Assembly (NCBI GenBank): GCA_045579865.1
Contig: JAZNMU010000084.1
Location: 31,576-95,575 of the forward strand
Source: Acutalibacteraceae bacterium
GTDB lineage: Bacteria > Bacillota > Clostridia > Oscillospirales > Acutalibacteraceae
DNA length: 64,000 bases
Reading direction: 5' to 3'
Shown here: piece after piece, positions 54,596 through 64,000 of the stretch
How the letters are laid out: every line of letters begins with the position of its first letter
How positions within the stretch are numbered: the stretch's first letter is position 1
Notes under the pieces: model-generated
Database searches by the model: none
What the model was told of the DNA's origin: nothing
The model's input: the letters and a program-made list of their open reading frames with translations, nothing else
Made by a program: the position numbers and the translations under genes

Positions 54596-55774
54596 ATGAA
54601 TACGAAGTTAAACTCTCTCTCTTTAAAACTTTCCTCCCTCACTGTTTTCAGAAATATACTCACAACCAAAGAGCTTTCTTCTTTACTTGCCTTTCTTTCC
54701 TGCAAGGGTAATATCGAGGAAAAGATGAATCTTTACGGCGAATTTGTATATTCGCTCGCCCCTTACGGAAACTCCTTTTCAGAATTTCTTAAAAAGGCTG
54801 TCTGTGAGGATGAGAATATCTACATCGTCTCAAAGGCTAAGAAAAAGGTGATTCCTTCTTCTGTGGAAAGAAATCTCACTGAGGAGCTGTTGCTCTTTAC
54901 TCTTTTAAGTGAGCTTACCCCCGAAGAGCTTTTCGAGGGTGAGGGCTATGAGGGCTATATTCCTCTTTTTGACAATGAAAAGACAGATTTCGTCTCTCTT
55001 TACAAGGAAAGAACAGAAAATGTAGATACTCTCGGCTATGGCATTTTCGCCTCTAAGGCTATGTTCAAGGTCGAGGACGGACAGATAGTTCCCGTGGACT
55101 CTGCTGATGAAATCTCTCTTTCTTCCTTCGTGGGCTACGAAAAGGAAAGAGAGACCGTCGAGGAAAACACCGTGGCTCTTTTGGAGGGCAGAGATGCTGT
55201 CAATGTCCTTCTCTGCGGCGATGCGGGAACGGGTAAATCCTCTACAGTAAAGGCTCTCGTAAACCACTATTTCTCTTACGGCTTGAGGCTCATCGAAATA
55301 AGAAAGGATCAGCTTTTCTCTCTTTCTCACATAATGGGAAAAATCGCCGATAATCCGCTGAAATTCATAATTTTCATCGATGACCTTTCCTTCAATAAAA
55401 ACGACGACTGCTTCTCGATGCTTAAGGCGGCTTTGGAGGGCTCTGCCTCCGCCAAGGCTAAAAATGCACTTATTTACGCCACAAGCAACCGCAGACACAT
55501 CGTCAAGGAAAGCTTTTCCGAAAGGGGCGGAGACGATATCCACCGTAACGACACGGTACAGGAGCTTCTTTCACTTTCCGACCGCTTCGGTCTTACGGTA
55601 TATTTCCAGAAGCCTAATAAGATACTTTATCTCGACATCGTCCACGCTCTGGCACAGAGAAAGGGCATAAAAATGGACGAAAAGGAGCTCGACATCAAGG
55701 CAGAGGCTTTCGCTTTGGCAAAAGGAAGCCGTTCACCGAGAGTAGCAGAGCAGTTTATTAAAAATTTAAGATAA
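54596..55774 (+). CDS. DUF815-type AAA-like ATP-binding protein
   Basis: Walker A LLCGDAGTGKSS and Walker B IFIDDL. Confidence 0.65.
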   Translation: MNTKLNSLSLKLSSLTVFRNILTTKELSSLLAFLSCKGNIEEKMNLYGEFVYSLAPYGNSFSEFLKKAVCEDENIYIVSKAKKKVIPSSVERNLTEELLLFTLLSELTPEELFEGEGYEGYIPLFDNEKTDFVSLYKERTENVDTLGYGIFASKAMFKVEDGQIVPVDSADEISLSSFVGYEKERETVEENTVALLEGRDAVNVLLCGDAGTGKSSTVKALVNHYFSYGLRLIEIRKDQLFSLSHIMGKIADNPLKFIIFIDDLSFNKNDDCFSMLKAALEGSASAKAKNALIYATSNRRHIVKESFSERGGDDIHRNDTVQELLSLSDRFGLTVYFQKPNKILYLDIVHALAQRKGIKMDEKELDIKAEAFALAKGSRSPRVAEQFIKNLR

Positions 55775-55788
55775 AAGGAGATATCATA

Positions 55789-56166
55789 ATGATTAAGAAA
55801 ATTTCTACAGACAAGGCACCCGCCGCTATCGGCCCCTATTCACAGGCTATTCTCTGCGGTAATATGCTTTACACCTCAGGTCAGCTGGGTATGAATCCCG
55901 CAAACGGCGAAATCGAGGGTAAGGACGTAACCGAACAGGCTGAACAGGCTCTGCAGAATTTAGGTGCAATTTTAGCTGAAGCAGGCACATCCTTCGATAA
56001 CATTGTAAAGACCACCTGTTTCCTTGCCGATATGGCTGATTTCGCCGCATTCAACGCAGCATATTCCAAGTATATCAAGAATGCACCCGCAAGAAGCTGT
56101 GTGGCTGTTAAGACCCTTCCTAAGGGCGGTCTCGTTGAGGTTGAGGCTGTTGCGGTAGTTGAATAA
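55789..56166 (+). CDS. ridA: RidA/YjgF family reactive intermediate deaminase
   Basis: APAAIGPYSQA...PARSCV.V..LPKG..VE. Confidence 0.9.
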   Translation: MIKKISTDKAPAAIGPYSQAILCGNMLYTSGQLGMNPANGEIEGKDVTEQAEQALQNLGAILAEAGTSFDNIVKTTCFLADMADFAAFNAAYSKYIKNAPARSCVAVKTLPKGGLVEVEAVAVVE

Positions 56167-56170
56167 AAAA

Positions 56171-56202
56171 TCTCCTCTGTAATATTGACAAAACAGAGGA
56201 GA
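56171..56202 (+). terminator. hairpin after ridA
   Basis: TCTCCTCTGT / ACAGAGGAGA perfect 10-bp stem. Weak U tail. The loop contains a TTGACA box. Confidence 0.5.
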
Positions 56203-56268
56203 CTATATATAATATAACTGTAAGCTAATCGTTTAAGCGGTTGGTGAAAGTCGTTTTAAAATAATTTA

Positions 56269-56300
56269 AACAACCGTCACTTTGCCGAGTGGCGGTTGTT
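56269..56300. terminator. bidirectional hairpin shared by the small ORF mRNA and a putative antisense RNA
   Basis: AACAACCGTCACT / AGTGGCGGTTGTT stem (one G-U). U/A-rich on both sides. The stop codon of the small ORF lies in the stem. Confidence 0.5.
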
Positions 56301-56366
56301 GTCTTTCGTCTTAATTCTTATAGTGACAGTAAATCTGCCTATATGTAAGGTTAAGATAAGAGGCAT
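56277..56366 (-). CDS. small ORF MPLILTLHIGRFTVTIRIKTKDNNRHSAK (29 aa)
   Basis: Strong GGAAGGAGGTGA RBS 5 nt upstream. Own promoter on the minus strand: TTGACA (56456-56461), 17-nt spacer, TATAGT (56433-56438). Confidence 0.4.
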   Translation of the reverse strand: MPLILTLHIGRFTVTIRIKTKDNNRHSAK

Positions 56367-56491
56367 AATATCACCTCCTTCCGGAAGCAATATCACCAAC
56401 CGCCGTGCTTAGAACAGCTACATTACGCTTAAACTATACACCGATTATTTGCTTTTGTCAATAAAACAATTATTATTAAAGAGGAGATAAA

Positions 56492-57205
56492 ATGAATCGT
56501 AACCACCTTAAACTCATAGCCTGTCTCTCAATGCTTATCGACCATATAGGCTTCGTCCTTTTTCCTCAGGTGGAGGAATTCAGAATTATAGGCAGAGTGG
56601 CTATGCCTATTTTTGCCTTCTTTATCGGTGAGGGCTGTCTTCACACACGGAACAGGAAGAAATATTTTCTCAGGCTGTTTGTCCTCGCTCTTATATGTCA
56701 GGCGGTATATATCGGTGAAAGCCTTATAACGGGAAGCGGTAACGGACTTTATCTGAATATTCTGTTTACCTTTTCCTGTTCCATAATCCTCTGCAGTGTG
56801 TATCTTCATTCCGCAGATGATAAGAGCTTTAAAAGCGGATTTTTCCTTGCTTTTACAATAGGTGCTTTCTGGGCGGTGGATTTACTCTTTGACCGTTTAT
56901 CAGCCGAAACAGGAATAAATATACACCTGGATTACGGTATAGAGGGAATTATTCTTCCGCTGTTTGCTGTGATGAACAGAGAAAAAAAGAAAAAGCTTAT
57001 CTGCTTTACTGTGGGTCTTGTTTTTGTTGCGGAGCGGCTGTATGGTTTGTTTACACCGTTTTTCTTCTTTGCTATGATACCTGTCTTACTGTTGTGCTTT
57101 TATAACGGGCAGGGCGGAAAAAGAAATATGAAATACTTCTTCTATCTTTTCTATCCCTTGCATCTTGCAGCGATATACGGTGTGAATATTCTGATTAATC
57201 TATAA
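56492..57205 (+). CDS. TraX family membrane protein
   Basis: LKLIACLSMLIDHIG N-terminal signature. Polytopic. Confidence 0.7.
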   Translation: MNRNHLKLIACLSMLIDHIGFVLFPQVEEFRIIGRVAMPIFAFFIGEGCLHTRNRKKYFLRLFVLALICQAVYIGESLITGSGNGLYLNILFTFSCSIILCSVYLHSADDKSFKSGFFLAFTIGAFWAVDLLFDRLSAETGINIHLDYGIEGIILPLFAVMNREKKKKLICFTVGLVFVAERLYGLFTPFFFFAMIPVLLLCFYNGQGGKRNMKYFFYLFYPLHLAAIYGVNILINL

Positions 57206-57206
57206 T

Positions 57207-57247
57207 AAAAAGAGCAACCCGTAAAGGTTGCTCTTAATTTTTTTTAT
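57207..57247. terminator. bidirectional terminator
   Basis: AAGAGCAACC / GGTTGCTCTT stem, followed by T-run. Confidence 0.8.
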
Positions 57248-57254
57248 AAAGAAC

Positions 57255-59996
57255 TTATCTGTGAATTCTGATAGCCGTTACGGAGTACATCGGAGCGGTG
57301 TAATTAAACTTATCGCTGATACCTTCGATAGTGAATTCCTCCATCACACAGTCTTCCTGTGCACCGAGGATGTTATCGTTATCGAGGCTGTCGCCTGCTA
57401 CCTGATTTACTGTGGCTACGGATTTAACCTCACCGAGGTTTGCGATATCAATAGCGAATACTCTGTCTTTACCTGTTACGTTGACGAGCTTTACAATGAT
57501 GTCGCCTGTTTCTTTATCTTCGGAAACTACCTGATAAGCATTTGCTTTTGTGCCGTTATCTGCGATGTAGTCGAACTGAAGATCACCGTCGATGTAGCCC
57601 TTGATGTTGATGCCGTCAACTACGATTTTAATTTCATAGGTTCTTCCCGTTTCTACAGTGAAATCTGTAACCGTGCCGGGAATAGCGCTTGTCTTGGCAC
57701 CGTTTGTCATTCTCTGAAGAGCTGACTTAGTGTTTCCCCAACCGCCGATATTCCAGAAGAACATATTCTGCTCGTCCTCGATAAGGAAGGGAATGTAGAA
57801 GCCTTCACCGCCGTCTGTTTTGGTGGCTTCAAAGGTGTAGGTGTAGTTGGACCAGTCCTCTTTACCGAAGAAGGCCGCTGCACCGAGCTCGTTATAAGCA
57901 TGCCAGGTGTTTTCCTGCGTGAGCTTACCCTTTCTGATGTGCCAGTCGCCGTCGGTTACCTGCTTCCAATCCCACCAGAAGTTCGTGGGAAGGGTGAAGC
58001 AGTCGGAGGCGAGGTTTCTGCCTGATTTGTTGTCAGTAACCTTTACATTGTCGAATTCTGCTGCTGTCCACCAGGTGCCGAGACCAACCTTGCCCTTGAG
58101 GGCTTCGGTTTCGATGTCTGCGCCCTTAAGGTCGGATTTGAGGAGTGTGTCACCTGCATTGTTACCGAAAAGCTTCTGCACATAGTAGTTGATGGAGCCT
58201 GTGGAAAGGTGATTGTTGAACCAGATAAGGTCGGGTGCCCAGTGAGTAGCCGTAAGGTTACCGAAAAGGGGAGCGTAAGCCGCCATTTCGATGATGTCAC
58301 CGTTTCTTTCGATACCTGTCATATATGCCGCTTCGGCTAAGGCTGCTTCGAGGCGGTTTGACTGAGCCGCATATTCACCGATGAATACCTTTATGGCACC
58401 GCCGTAGTGGGTGTCTGTCATACCTTCGATGTCTCTTGAATAGTTTTCGGGGTCATAGTGGTCAGTATTTTCGAGGAACCAGTCAGGTGTGTTATAGTAG
58501 TGATGGTCAGTAGCGCCTGCAAAGTCCATTATGTCTGTGATGCCGTTCTTTTCAGCGTAATTCTTTGCGAATTCGTAGGAGGCAAGATAGTTAGCGCCGC
58601 TTGTGGCATCGTCTGCACCTGAGGAATAGATAAGCTCGAGACCTTCATAAAGGTCGGGATAGTCTGCTTTCTTTTCATTGAAGTAGTCAAGGAAGGCTAC
58701 ATAGCGGTCGAAGTAAATCTGACCCTCCTGCTCGTTACCGATGCAGATGTATTTGAGCTCAAAAGGCTCAGCGTGGCCGAGAGAGGCTCTTACCTTGCCC
58801 CAAGTGGAGTTTACGTCACCGCGGCAGAACTCGATAAGGTCGTGCATATCGTCGAGATACTGTGCGAATTCGGCAGTATAGGTTTTGCCGTCTGCTTCGT
58901 ACATCTCTACGGGGCCCTTACCTCTCATCTGGCAGTAAATACCGCAGTTAATAACGGGAACACCGATAGCACCGAGGTCTTCAGCCAACTGGAAATATTC
59001 ATAAAAGCCGAGACCGTAGCTCATATAGCAGGGGAGAGTGTCTTCGGTGAGACTTAAGTTTGTCCAGAGGTTTGTACCGTAGGAACGGGCAGCAACGTCG
59101 CCGTATAAACCATTGAATTCAAGGGGAAGGTCAGTGTCCTTATCTACACCGAGAGATGCCTTCCAGTCATACATTGATTCTTTGTCCCAACCTTCAATTA
59201 CACAGCCGCCGGGGAAACGAAGGAAGGAGGGGTTAAGTGCTTCTAATTTTTCGCCCAGGTCCTTTCTCATACCGTGACCCTTATAGGTGTCAGCGGGGAA
59301 AAGAGAAACCATATCCACAGCCACCTTACCATTACCGATAAGCACCTGAAGGTAAACCTTTTCGTGAGCGGAAAGTGAAGAATCGAAGGAAACCTCATAC
59401 TTTGACCATTCGTCTGTGATACCTGTGATAACTGCTTCACCTGCGGTTTTGCCGTCTGCTACGAGCCTTACAGTGATGTCAGCATCGCCTTTGGCATAAA
59501 GGGAAAGCTCATACTTTTCCTTTTCTATAGCCATACCCTCAAGGAAGCCTTTATTTGCAATACCAGAAAGATCTGTGCCGTCATTTTCGATTACTGCGTA
59601 GTGAGGGTTGTTTTTGTTGAGAGCATCAGAAGTTTCTATGTAATATTTTGCGTTGCCTATACCGCTCCAGCCGTGAAGCTCATCGTCAGCGGCGAGCACA
59701 CCGTATTCGAAGGAACGGTTAACCACCTTTTCGGCATAAAGTCCGCCGTCAGCGGCGAAGTTGATATCCTCGAAGAAGATACCGAAAAGCATATCGCTGA
59801 TGTCGTGCACTTCGTCTTCTGCATCGACGGATAAAGCATAATCGCTGTACTCGAGGCTGTACTCTGAAACAGAGTTTGCATCGGGACGGTCAAAGTCCTT
59901 TTCACCGCCGTCACCGAAGGTAATGCCGAGTGAAAGAAGCGCCGACATAATGAGGGCGACTATCTTTTTGTAAAAAGCGTAAAATTTTTGTGTCAT
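57255..59996 (-). CDS. secreted multidomain glycoside hydrolase, GH51 alpha-L-arabinofuranosidase-like with CBM/lectin-like modules
   Basis: GAAGGAGGA RBS before ATG 59996. NRSFEYG CBM4_9-like N-terminus. FLRFPGG and ICIGNE (acid/base Glu) in the catalytic core. C-terminal concanavalin-like region. Confidence 0.6.
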   Translation of the reverse strand: MTQKFYAFYKKIVALIMSALLSLGITFGDGGEKDFDRPDANSVSEYSLEYSDYALSVDAEDEVHDISDMLFGIFFEDINFAADGGLYAEKVVNRSFEYGVLAADDELHGWSGIGNAKYYIETSDALNKNNPHYAVIENDGTDLSGIANKGFLEGMAIEKEKYELSLYAKGDADITVRLVADGKTAGEAVITGITDEWSKYEVSFDSSLSAHEKVYLQVLIGNGKVAVDMVSLFPADTYKGHGMRKDLGEKLEALNPSFLRFPGGCVIEGWDKESMYDWKASLGVDKDTDLPLEFNGLYGDVAARSYGTNLWTNLSLTEDTLPCYMSYGLGFYEYFQLAEDLGAIGVPVINCGIYCQMRGKGPVEMYEADGKTYTAEFAQYLDDMHDLIEFCRGDVNSTWGKVRASLGHAEPFELKYICIGNEQEGQIYFDRYVAFLDYFNEKKADYPDLYEGLELIYSSGADDATSGANYLASYEFAKNYAEKNGITDIMDFAGATDHHYYNTPDWFLENTDHYDPENYSRDIEGMTDTHYGGAIKVFIGEYAAQSNRLEAALAEAAYMTGIERNGDIIEMAAYAPLFGNLTATHWAPDLIWFNNHLSTGSINYYVQKLFGNNAGDTLLKSDLKGADIETEALKGKVGLGTWWTAAEFDNVKVTDNKSGRNLASDCFTLPTNFWWDWKQVTDGDWHIRKGKLTQENTWHAYNELGAAAFFGKEDWSNYTYTFEATKTDGGEGFYIPFLIEDEQNMFFWNIGGWGNTKSALQRMTNGAKTSAIPGTVTDFTVETGRTYEIKIVVDGINIKGYIDGDLQFDYIADNGTKANAYQVVSEDKETGDIIVKLVNVTGKDRVFAIDIANLGEVKSVATVNQVAGDSLDNDNILGAQEDCVMEEFTIEGISDKFNYTAPMYSVTAIRIHR

Positions 59997-60068
59997 ATTT
60001 ATCCTCCTTCTTTTTTTCAAAGAATTAATTTACTTACTTATAATATTAAATAACAGATAAAAAGTCAA

Positions 60069-60761
60069 TCATCTGCTTTTGATTTTAAGTGTTCTCAGAT
60101 AGGATTTTTTCTCGTCGCTCACCCTGTAGCTTTCCACTGCCTTCTGTATTGTCTTGTTATGGACCCACGGGGAAAGAATGCGTTTTTCTATGTAGGGCAG
60201 AGTGCTTTCATACTGTTTGGCTAAAGCTGTGGCAAAGTACCAGGCTATCATCATATTTACATAGTATTCGCCACTCTTAATTTCCGAGACAAGCCTGAGG
60301 TGGCTTTCATCAAAGTGTTCGTCGAGAAAATACGAAAGAAGTAAACCTATGCCGTATCTTATAGTGTAAGTGTCCTCTGCCTTTAAAAATTCCAAGGCAA
60401 GACCAAGGGTCTTTTCGGGATGCTTTTTAAGCACGGGCGGACGGGTGCAGTCATTGGTTGACCAATTATCCGTAAAGGGAATGAAACGGCGTAGCTCTGA
60501 AATACATCCGTAGATATCCTTCATCTGACAGATAATAAAGCCGTGAAGATTATCCTCCTCGTAGTATTTGTGGGGAAGGTCATCGAGAAAACCGTTATAG
60601 TCACCGCTTCTGTATATCTCCTTTGCCAGAGAGCGCAGAGCGGGAGTGCGTACACCGATGAACTTTTCTCTCGGCAGAGTGGGAATAAGAACCGCCGTAA
60701 AGTCTGCATACTTTTCGTCACGCAGAGAGAACAGTTTTTCTCTTATTTCTTCTTTTGTCAT
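60069..60761 (-). CDS. DNA alkylation repair protein (AlkD-like HEAT repeats)
   Basis: IREKLFSLRDEKYADF...GVRTPALRSLAKEI is the typical family N-terminus. Confidence 0.7.
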   Translation of the reverse strand: MTKEEIREKLFSLRDEKYADFTAVLIPTLPREKFIGVRTPALRSLAKEIYRSGDYNGFLDDLPHKYYEEDNLHGFIICQMKDIYGCISELRRFIPFTDNWSTNDCTRPPVLKKHPEKTLGLALEFLKAEDTYTIRYGIGLLLSYFLDEHFDESHLRLVSEIKSGEYYVNMMIAWYFATALAKQYESTLPYIEKRILSPWVHNKTIQKAVESYRVSDEKKSYLRTLKIKSR

Positions 60762-61576
60762 ATTTCAATTACCTTGCCTACGGAAAGCTGAGAGAGACGG
60801 TCGCCCAAGGTTTCCTTAAGAATCTTGTAAGCCTTGTCTCCTGTGCAGTGACCTGTTACAATGAGCTGTAAAGTGCTTTCTTTCAGCACCTCTGCCATAT
60901 GACGGATTTCCTTTTCACTGCTTTTATAAAGGTGGAGACCGCCAAAATAAGCATACATATTCTTTTCAGGAAAGGCTGATTTAATTTCACGGAGAATGTT
61001 TTGGGGACCGGCGTGACTGCAGCTGTTAAAAATTATAAGTCCTTTTTCTGTTTCGAAAACGAGGCTTTGCTCATGGTCGAAGTCATCGGGTGTGAGTCTG
61101 CCGTTTATCTTTTTATAAAGACCTGTCTTTTTGCCTGTTGCCTGCAGATTGTCACTTGTGTGGCAGATAAGATGTACACCGTCGCAGAGCTTTATACTGC
61201 CTTTTACACGGACGATTCTGTCTTTGTATTTTTTTGTAAGGCCCTTTTTTATACCGATATACTTTGAGAAGATAAATCTTTTTCCGTAGCAGTTATCTTC
61301 GCATTTCGAACTGATATAAAAAAGTGCAGTTTTATTGAGCGTGAAAAACTCGCCCATACCGTCAGCGTGGTCATAGTGGCTGTGAGAGAGTATGCCCATA
61401 TCCACCTGAGACAGGTCTATACCGAGCTTTTCAGCGTTTTTGGAAAAGAGTGAGGAAGCACCTGTGTCGAGAAGGTAGGCTTTTCCGTTCTGCTCAATGT
61501 GAAAGGAAAGTCCCCATTCGCTTTTAAGAGAGGATTTATCAGGCGAAATATTATCACTCAATACCGTTATCTTCAT
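60758..61576 (-). CDS. MBL-fold metallo-hydrolase
   Basis: HSHYDHADG (HxHxDH) motif. Confidence 0.75.
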   Translation of the reverse strand: MKITVLSDNISPDKSSLKSEWGLSFHIEQNGKAYLLDTGASSLFSKNAEKLGIDLSQVDMGILSHSHYDHADGMGEFFTLNKTALFYISSKCEDNCYGKRFIFSKYIGIKKGLTKKYKDRIVRVKGSIKLCDGVHLICHTSDNLQATGKKTGLYKKINGRLTPDDFDHEQSLVFETEKGLIIFNSCSHAGPQNILREIKSAFPEKNMYAYFGGLHLYKSSEKEIRHMAEVLKESTLQLIVTGHCTGDKAYKILKETLGDRLSQLSVGKVIEI

Positions 61577-61784
61577 TTTTATTTTCCTTTCTCTTTTTTA
61601 TAAAAGAGGGGGTTACCTTGTCGAGGAATTTTTCGAGGGCTTCGAATTCTTTTTCAGCCTGAACCGCATCTTCCTCGAGCCTTTTGTCCATATCGTAGTA
61701 AAGTATATTACAGCCACATTCTTTGCAGGTCTGCTTGACATAAAACATACTCAGTTTTTTGCCGCATTTGGGACATTTATCCAT
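61554..61784 (-). CDS. small zinc-ribbon protein
   Basis: CPKCG...CKECG. Overlaps both neighbouring genes. Confidence 0.5.
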   Translation of the reverse strand: MDKCPKCGKKLSMFYVKQTCKECGCNILYYDMDKRLEEDAVQAEKEFEALEKFLDKVTPSFIKKRKENKNEDNGIE

Positions 61785-63238
61785 TATACTTCCTCCTTTA
61801 CGAGCTTTGCAGAAGCCTCTTCTCTTCTTTTCTGAACTTCAGTCTGGATGTTTCTGAGCTTTTCTCCCTCAAGATCATAGAACTTATAAGGAATAAGTGC
61901 GAAAAGACCGAGGACTGAGGGAATGACTGTAATGAGTGCCCAGAGCCAGAACCTTGTGTTTATGGGAGAGGTATCAGAAACAACCATCATCTGTGTTGCT
62001 TCGTCTCTTACGAGACCTACAACGGGAATGAGGGCAGTACCGAGAGCTGTGGATAAGGTTCCTGTAAGCTTACCCATAAAGGTGAGCACAGAGAATGCCA
62101 TACCCTCGTTTCTTTTACCCGTTTCGTATTCCATATAGTCGATGGTTTCGCTTATCATCTTAGTGGGAATAACAGCACCGATTGAGGCGTTGAATGCGTT
62201 TGACATACCCTGAATCATAAGCAGAGGTACGATAACGCCCATATTTGTATAGTGTTTGCTGCCAAGCAGGAAAATGAGAGCTGTTACAGCAGCGTTCATA
62301 AGAGCAACTCTTACAACAATCTGTCTTGATGTCCAGCGCTTTTCCAGAATAGCCATAAGCGGATATGTTACCCAACCGATAATAGTACCGGGGAGGCCTG
62401 CTAAAAGTGAAAGGCTGTTTACGCCGAGTGCATTGTAGTAATAGTAAACACTGAAGGTGCCGCCGATACCGCCGAGAGTTGAAATGAGGTTTGAAAGCAT
62501 AATGAGAACCAGCGGCTTGTTTTTGAAAAGGAATGCAAAGCATTCGCTGAGCTTCGGCTCTTCGTTGACATATACGACTCTTTCTTTTGTTTTGGTGCCT
62601 GCCAGTGAGAAAAGATACATACCGAAGGTACCTGCGATAATGCTCAGTACAAAGAATACCTGTGAAAGAGAAAGAGGTATGGTACCGTTTCTCGAAAGGT
62701 CGATGCATACTGTGATGATAATGCCGGGGATACCGCCGATGATGCCTGAAATAAGACGGGCGGACTTGATGACTCTTGAACGGTCGAGAGGACTGGGAGA
62801 AATAGCTGAGGAAAGTCCCCAGAACGGAATATCACCGATAGTATAGAAGAACTCCCAGATAAAGTATGTAATGCACATATATACTATTCTCATAGGCTTG
62901 GATGCAGCATCGGTCAGGAAGATAGGACCGCCGAAAAACAGCACCGTAGTGATACCTAAGAAAATAGGTACAAATATAAGGTAGGGTCTGAGTTTACCGA
63001 AGCGGGTTCTGGTTTTGTCAACGACTGCGCCCATAAGGGGGTCATTGAAGGCATCCCAGAAGGCCATAACGGTAAGCATGGTGGAAACTACGATTTCAGG
63101 CACACCGAAAACGCTTACAAGGAAGAAGGCTCTCTGTGCCGTCATCATATTGTAGCCGATGCACTGTCCGCCGTTTGCTATGCCGTAAATAAGGGTTTCC
63201 TTAACGCCGACATAGCGTTTTTCTTTTGTCTTTTCCAT
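61784..63238 (-). CDS. GPH/MFS family glycoside-pentoside-hexuronide:cation symporter
   Basis: 12-TM profile. FWDAFNDPLMG..VD.T...GK.RP motif typical of GPH transporters. Confidence 0.75.
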   Translation of the reverse strand: MEKTKEKRYVGVKETLIYGIANGGQCIGYNMMTAQRAFFLVSVFGVPEIVVSTMLTVMAFWDAFNDPLMGAVVDKTRTRFGKLRPYLIFVPIFLGITTVLFFGGPIFLTDAASKPMRIVYMCITYFIWEFFYTIGDIPFWGLSSAISPSPLDRSRVIKSARLISGIIGGIPGIIITVCIDLSRNGTIPLSLSQVFFVLSIIAGTFGMYLFSLAGTKTKERVVYVNEEPKLSECFAFLFKNKPLVLIMLSNLISTLGGIGGTFSVYYYYNALGVNSLSLLAGLPGTIIGWVTYPLMAILEKRWTSRQIVVRVALMNAAVTALIFLLGSKHYTNMGVIVPLLMIQGMSNAFNASIGAVIPTKMISETIDYMEYETGKRNEGMAFSVLTFMGKLTGTLSTALGTALIPVVGLVRDEATQMMVVSDTSPINTRFWLWALITVIPSVLGLFALIPYKFYDLEGEKLRNIQTEVQKRREEASAKLVKEEV

Positions 63239-63260
63239 AATCTTTTCTCCTTAAAATATA

Positions 63261-64000
63261 TTATGTGTATATTGGTGACGAAAGGGAAATCAGGTGATTT
63301 TCTTCACCGTTCAGCCTTCCCCACAGCTCGAAAACATAATAGCTGTTTTCTTCAAGCGCGAGGGTGATTTTGCCGTCACCGGCTTTGCCCTCATAAGCTG
63401 TTTTTCCACCTTTTGTTATAACCCTGACGGTTTCGGGGGAAAGAGCATATTCTTCTTTGAAAAGCTCGGCTCTGGAAGAATCCAAAATGATTTCAAACTC
63501 TGCTTTGCCGTTTTTTACCGTGTCTCCTACGGTTTTTCCGTCGGTGCTTATATTCATAAAGATGCCGAGAGAAAGCTGTGTTCGACCTTCCTTTATGGCA
63601 CTCTTCATTTTTTCGGCAGTGATTTCTCCGTCGATGTGCAGGAAGGTGCAGGCGCCTGTCAGTTTGTTTCCGTCAGTTCTGTGCCAGTCTCTGCCGAAGG
63701 TGGGAGCGATGCGGTAGCCTTCATCTAAAAGAGATAACCACCATTTTCTTGCTCTGTGATTGGCGGGAGTCATCAGCATTTCTCCCTCGGACCATATTTC
63801 CATATAATTGACGAGAGAAAAATCCTTCACATCGTAGTCCCAGCGTCCGCCTGTGCATATAGGGGTACCGAGCTGATAGGGATGTGCCATACCGACGAGA
63901 CCACCGCTTTCACGGATAATCCGTAATTCTTTGTCAATGTCAGTTATATTAAAGCAGTCGATCATTTTTCCCGCATTAAGGGAAAGAATGTGTCCGTGAT
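63261..64000 (-). CDS. PHP/CehA-McbA-like metallohydrolase, 5' end beyond the window
   Basis: The frame stays open upstream of Met 63965 to the window edge (…HGHILSLNAGK). GMAHPY motif. Confidence 0.5.
   Translation of the reverse strand, partial: HGHILSLNAGKMIDCFNITDIDKELRIIRESGGLVGMAHPYQLGTPICTGGRWDYDVKDFSLVNYMEIWSEGEMLMTPANHRARKWWLSLLDEGYRIAPTFGRDWHRTDGNKLTGACTFLHIDGEITAEKMKSAIKEGRTQLSLGIFMNISTDGKTVGDTVKNGKAEFEIILDSSRAELFKEEYALSPETVRVITKGGKTAYEGKAGDGKITLALEENSYYVFELWGRLNGEENHLISLSSPIYT

Overview
The window joins two very different regions. Bases 1 to about 19300 are a strongly AT-rich accessory island. It abuts the 3' end of the tmRNA gene (ssrA, 19305-19652, minus strand), and its left end lies outside the window. 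The rest is GC-richer core chromosome of a Clostridia-type Firmicute; the Ruminococcus/Oscillospiraceae flavour is inference only. Core genes include smpB, cdd, recR, ybaB, dnaX, SRP RNA, a radical SAM/SPASM enzyme, comEB, a U32 peptidase, zapA, mgtC, a uracil permease, serC-serA, asnA, a yerC-hisZGDCBHAFIE operon, ilvBNCD, ridA, a GH51 arabinofuranosidase and sugar transport genes.

The most interesting content is in the island.

- **Candidate conflict/defence operon (3586-11232):** it has tight or overlapping gene junctions and one terminator. It encodes a basic protein with a TNT-like NAD-glycohydrolase motif pattern and a 1472-aa Ser/Thr-kinase + NB-ARC (STAND) + TPR protein. These are followed by two orphan proteins, a minimal JAB/JAMM metallopeptidase and a Cys-rich miniprotein. 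I do not recognise this gene combination as a described system.
- **Co-oriented module (11.3-17.6 kb):** five copies of a bipartite promoter-like motif, nCACArryT-N17-TAnAATAAA, occur with exactly conserved spacing. The module includes a RelE/Gp49-like gene, a membrane HExxH protein and a tandem duplicated micropeptide cassette (M-x-x-SRDRPF). It also has two aromatic-rich hydrophobic peptides, a secreted PG-binding/papain-like peptidase, a guanylate-kinase fusion and a PPP-family phosphatase.
- **Other observations:** a possible -1 frameshift, a TnpV module with an SD-sequestering hairpin, and 20-nt inverted repeats flanking cdd. There is also a candidate sRNA, a palindromic operator in the his promoter, and a small ORF with a convergent antisense promoter that looks like a type I toxin-antitoxin locus.

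All functional calls come from motif reading by eye; no searches were run.
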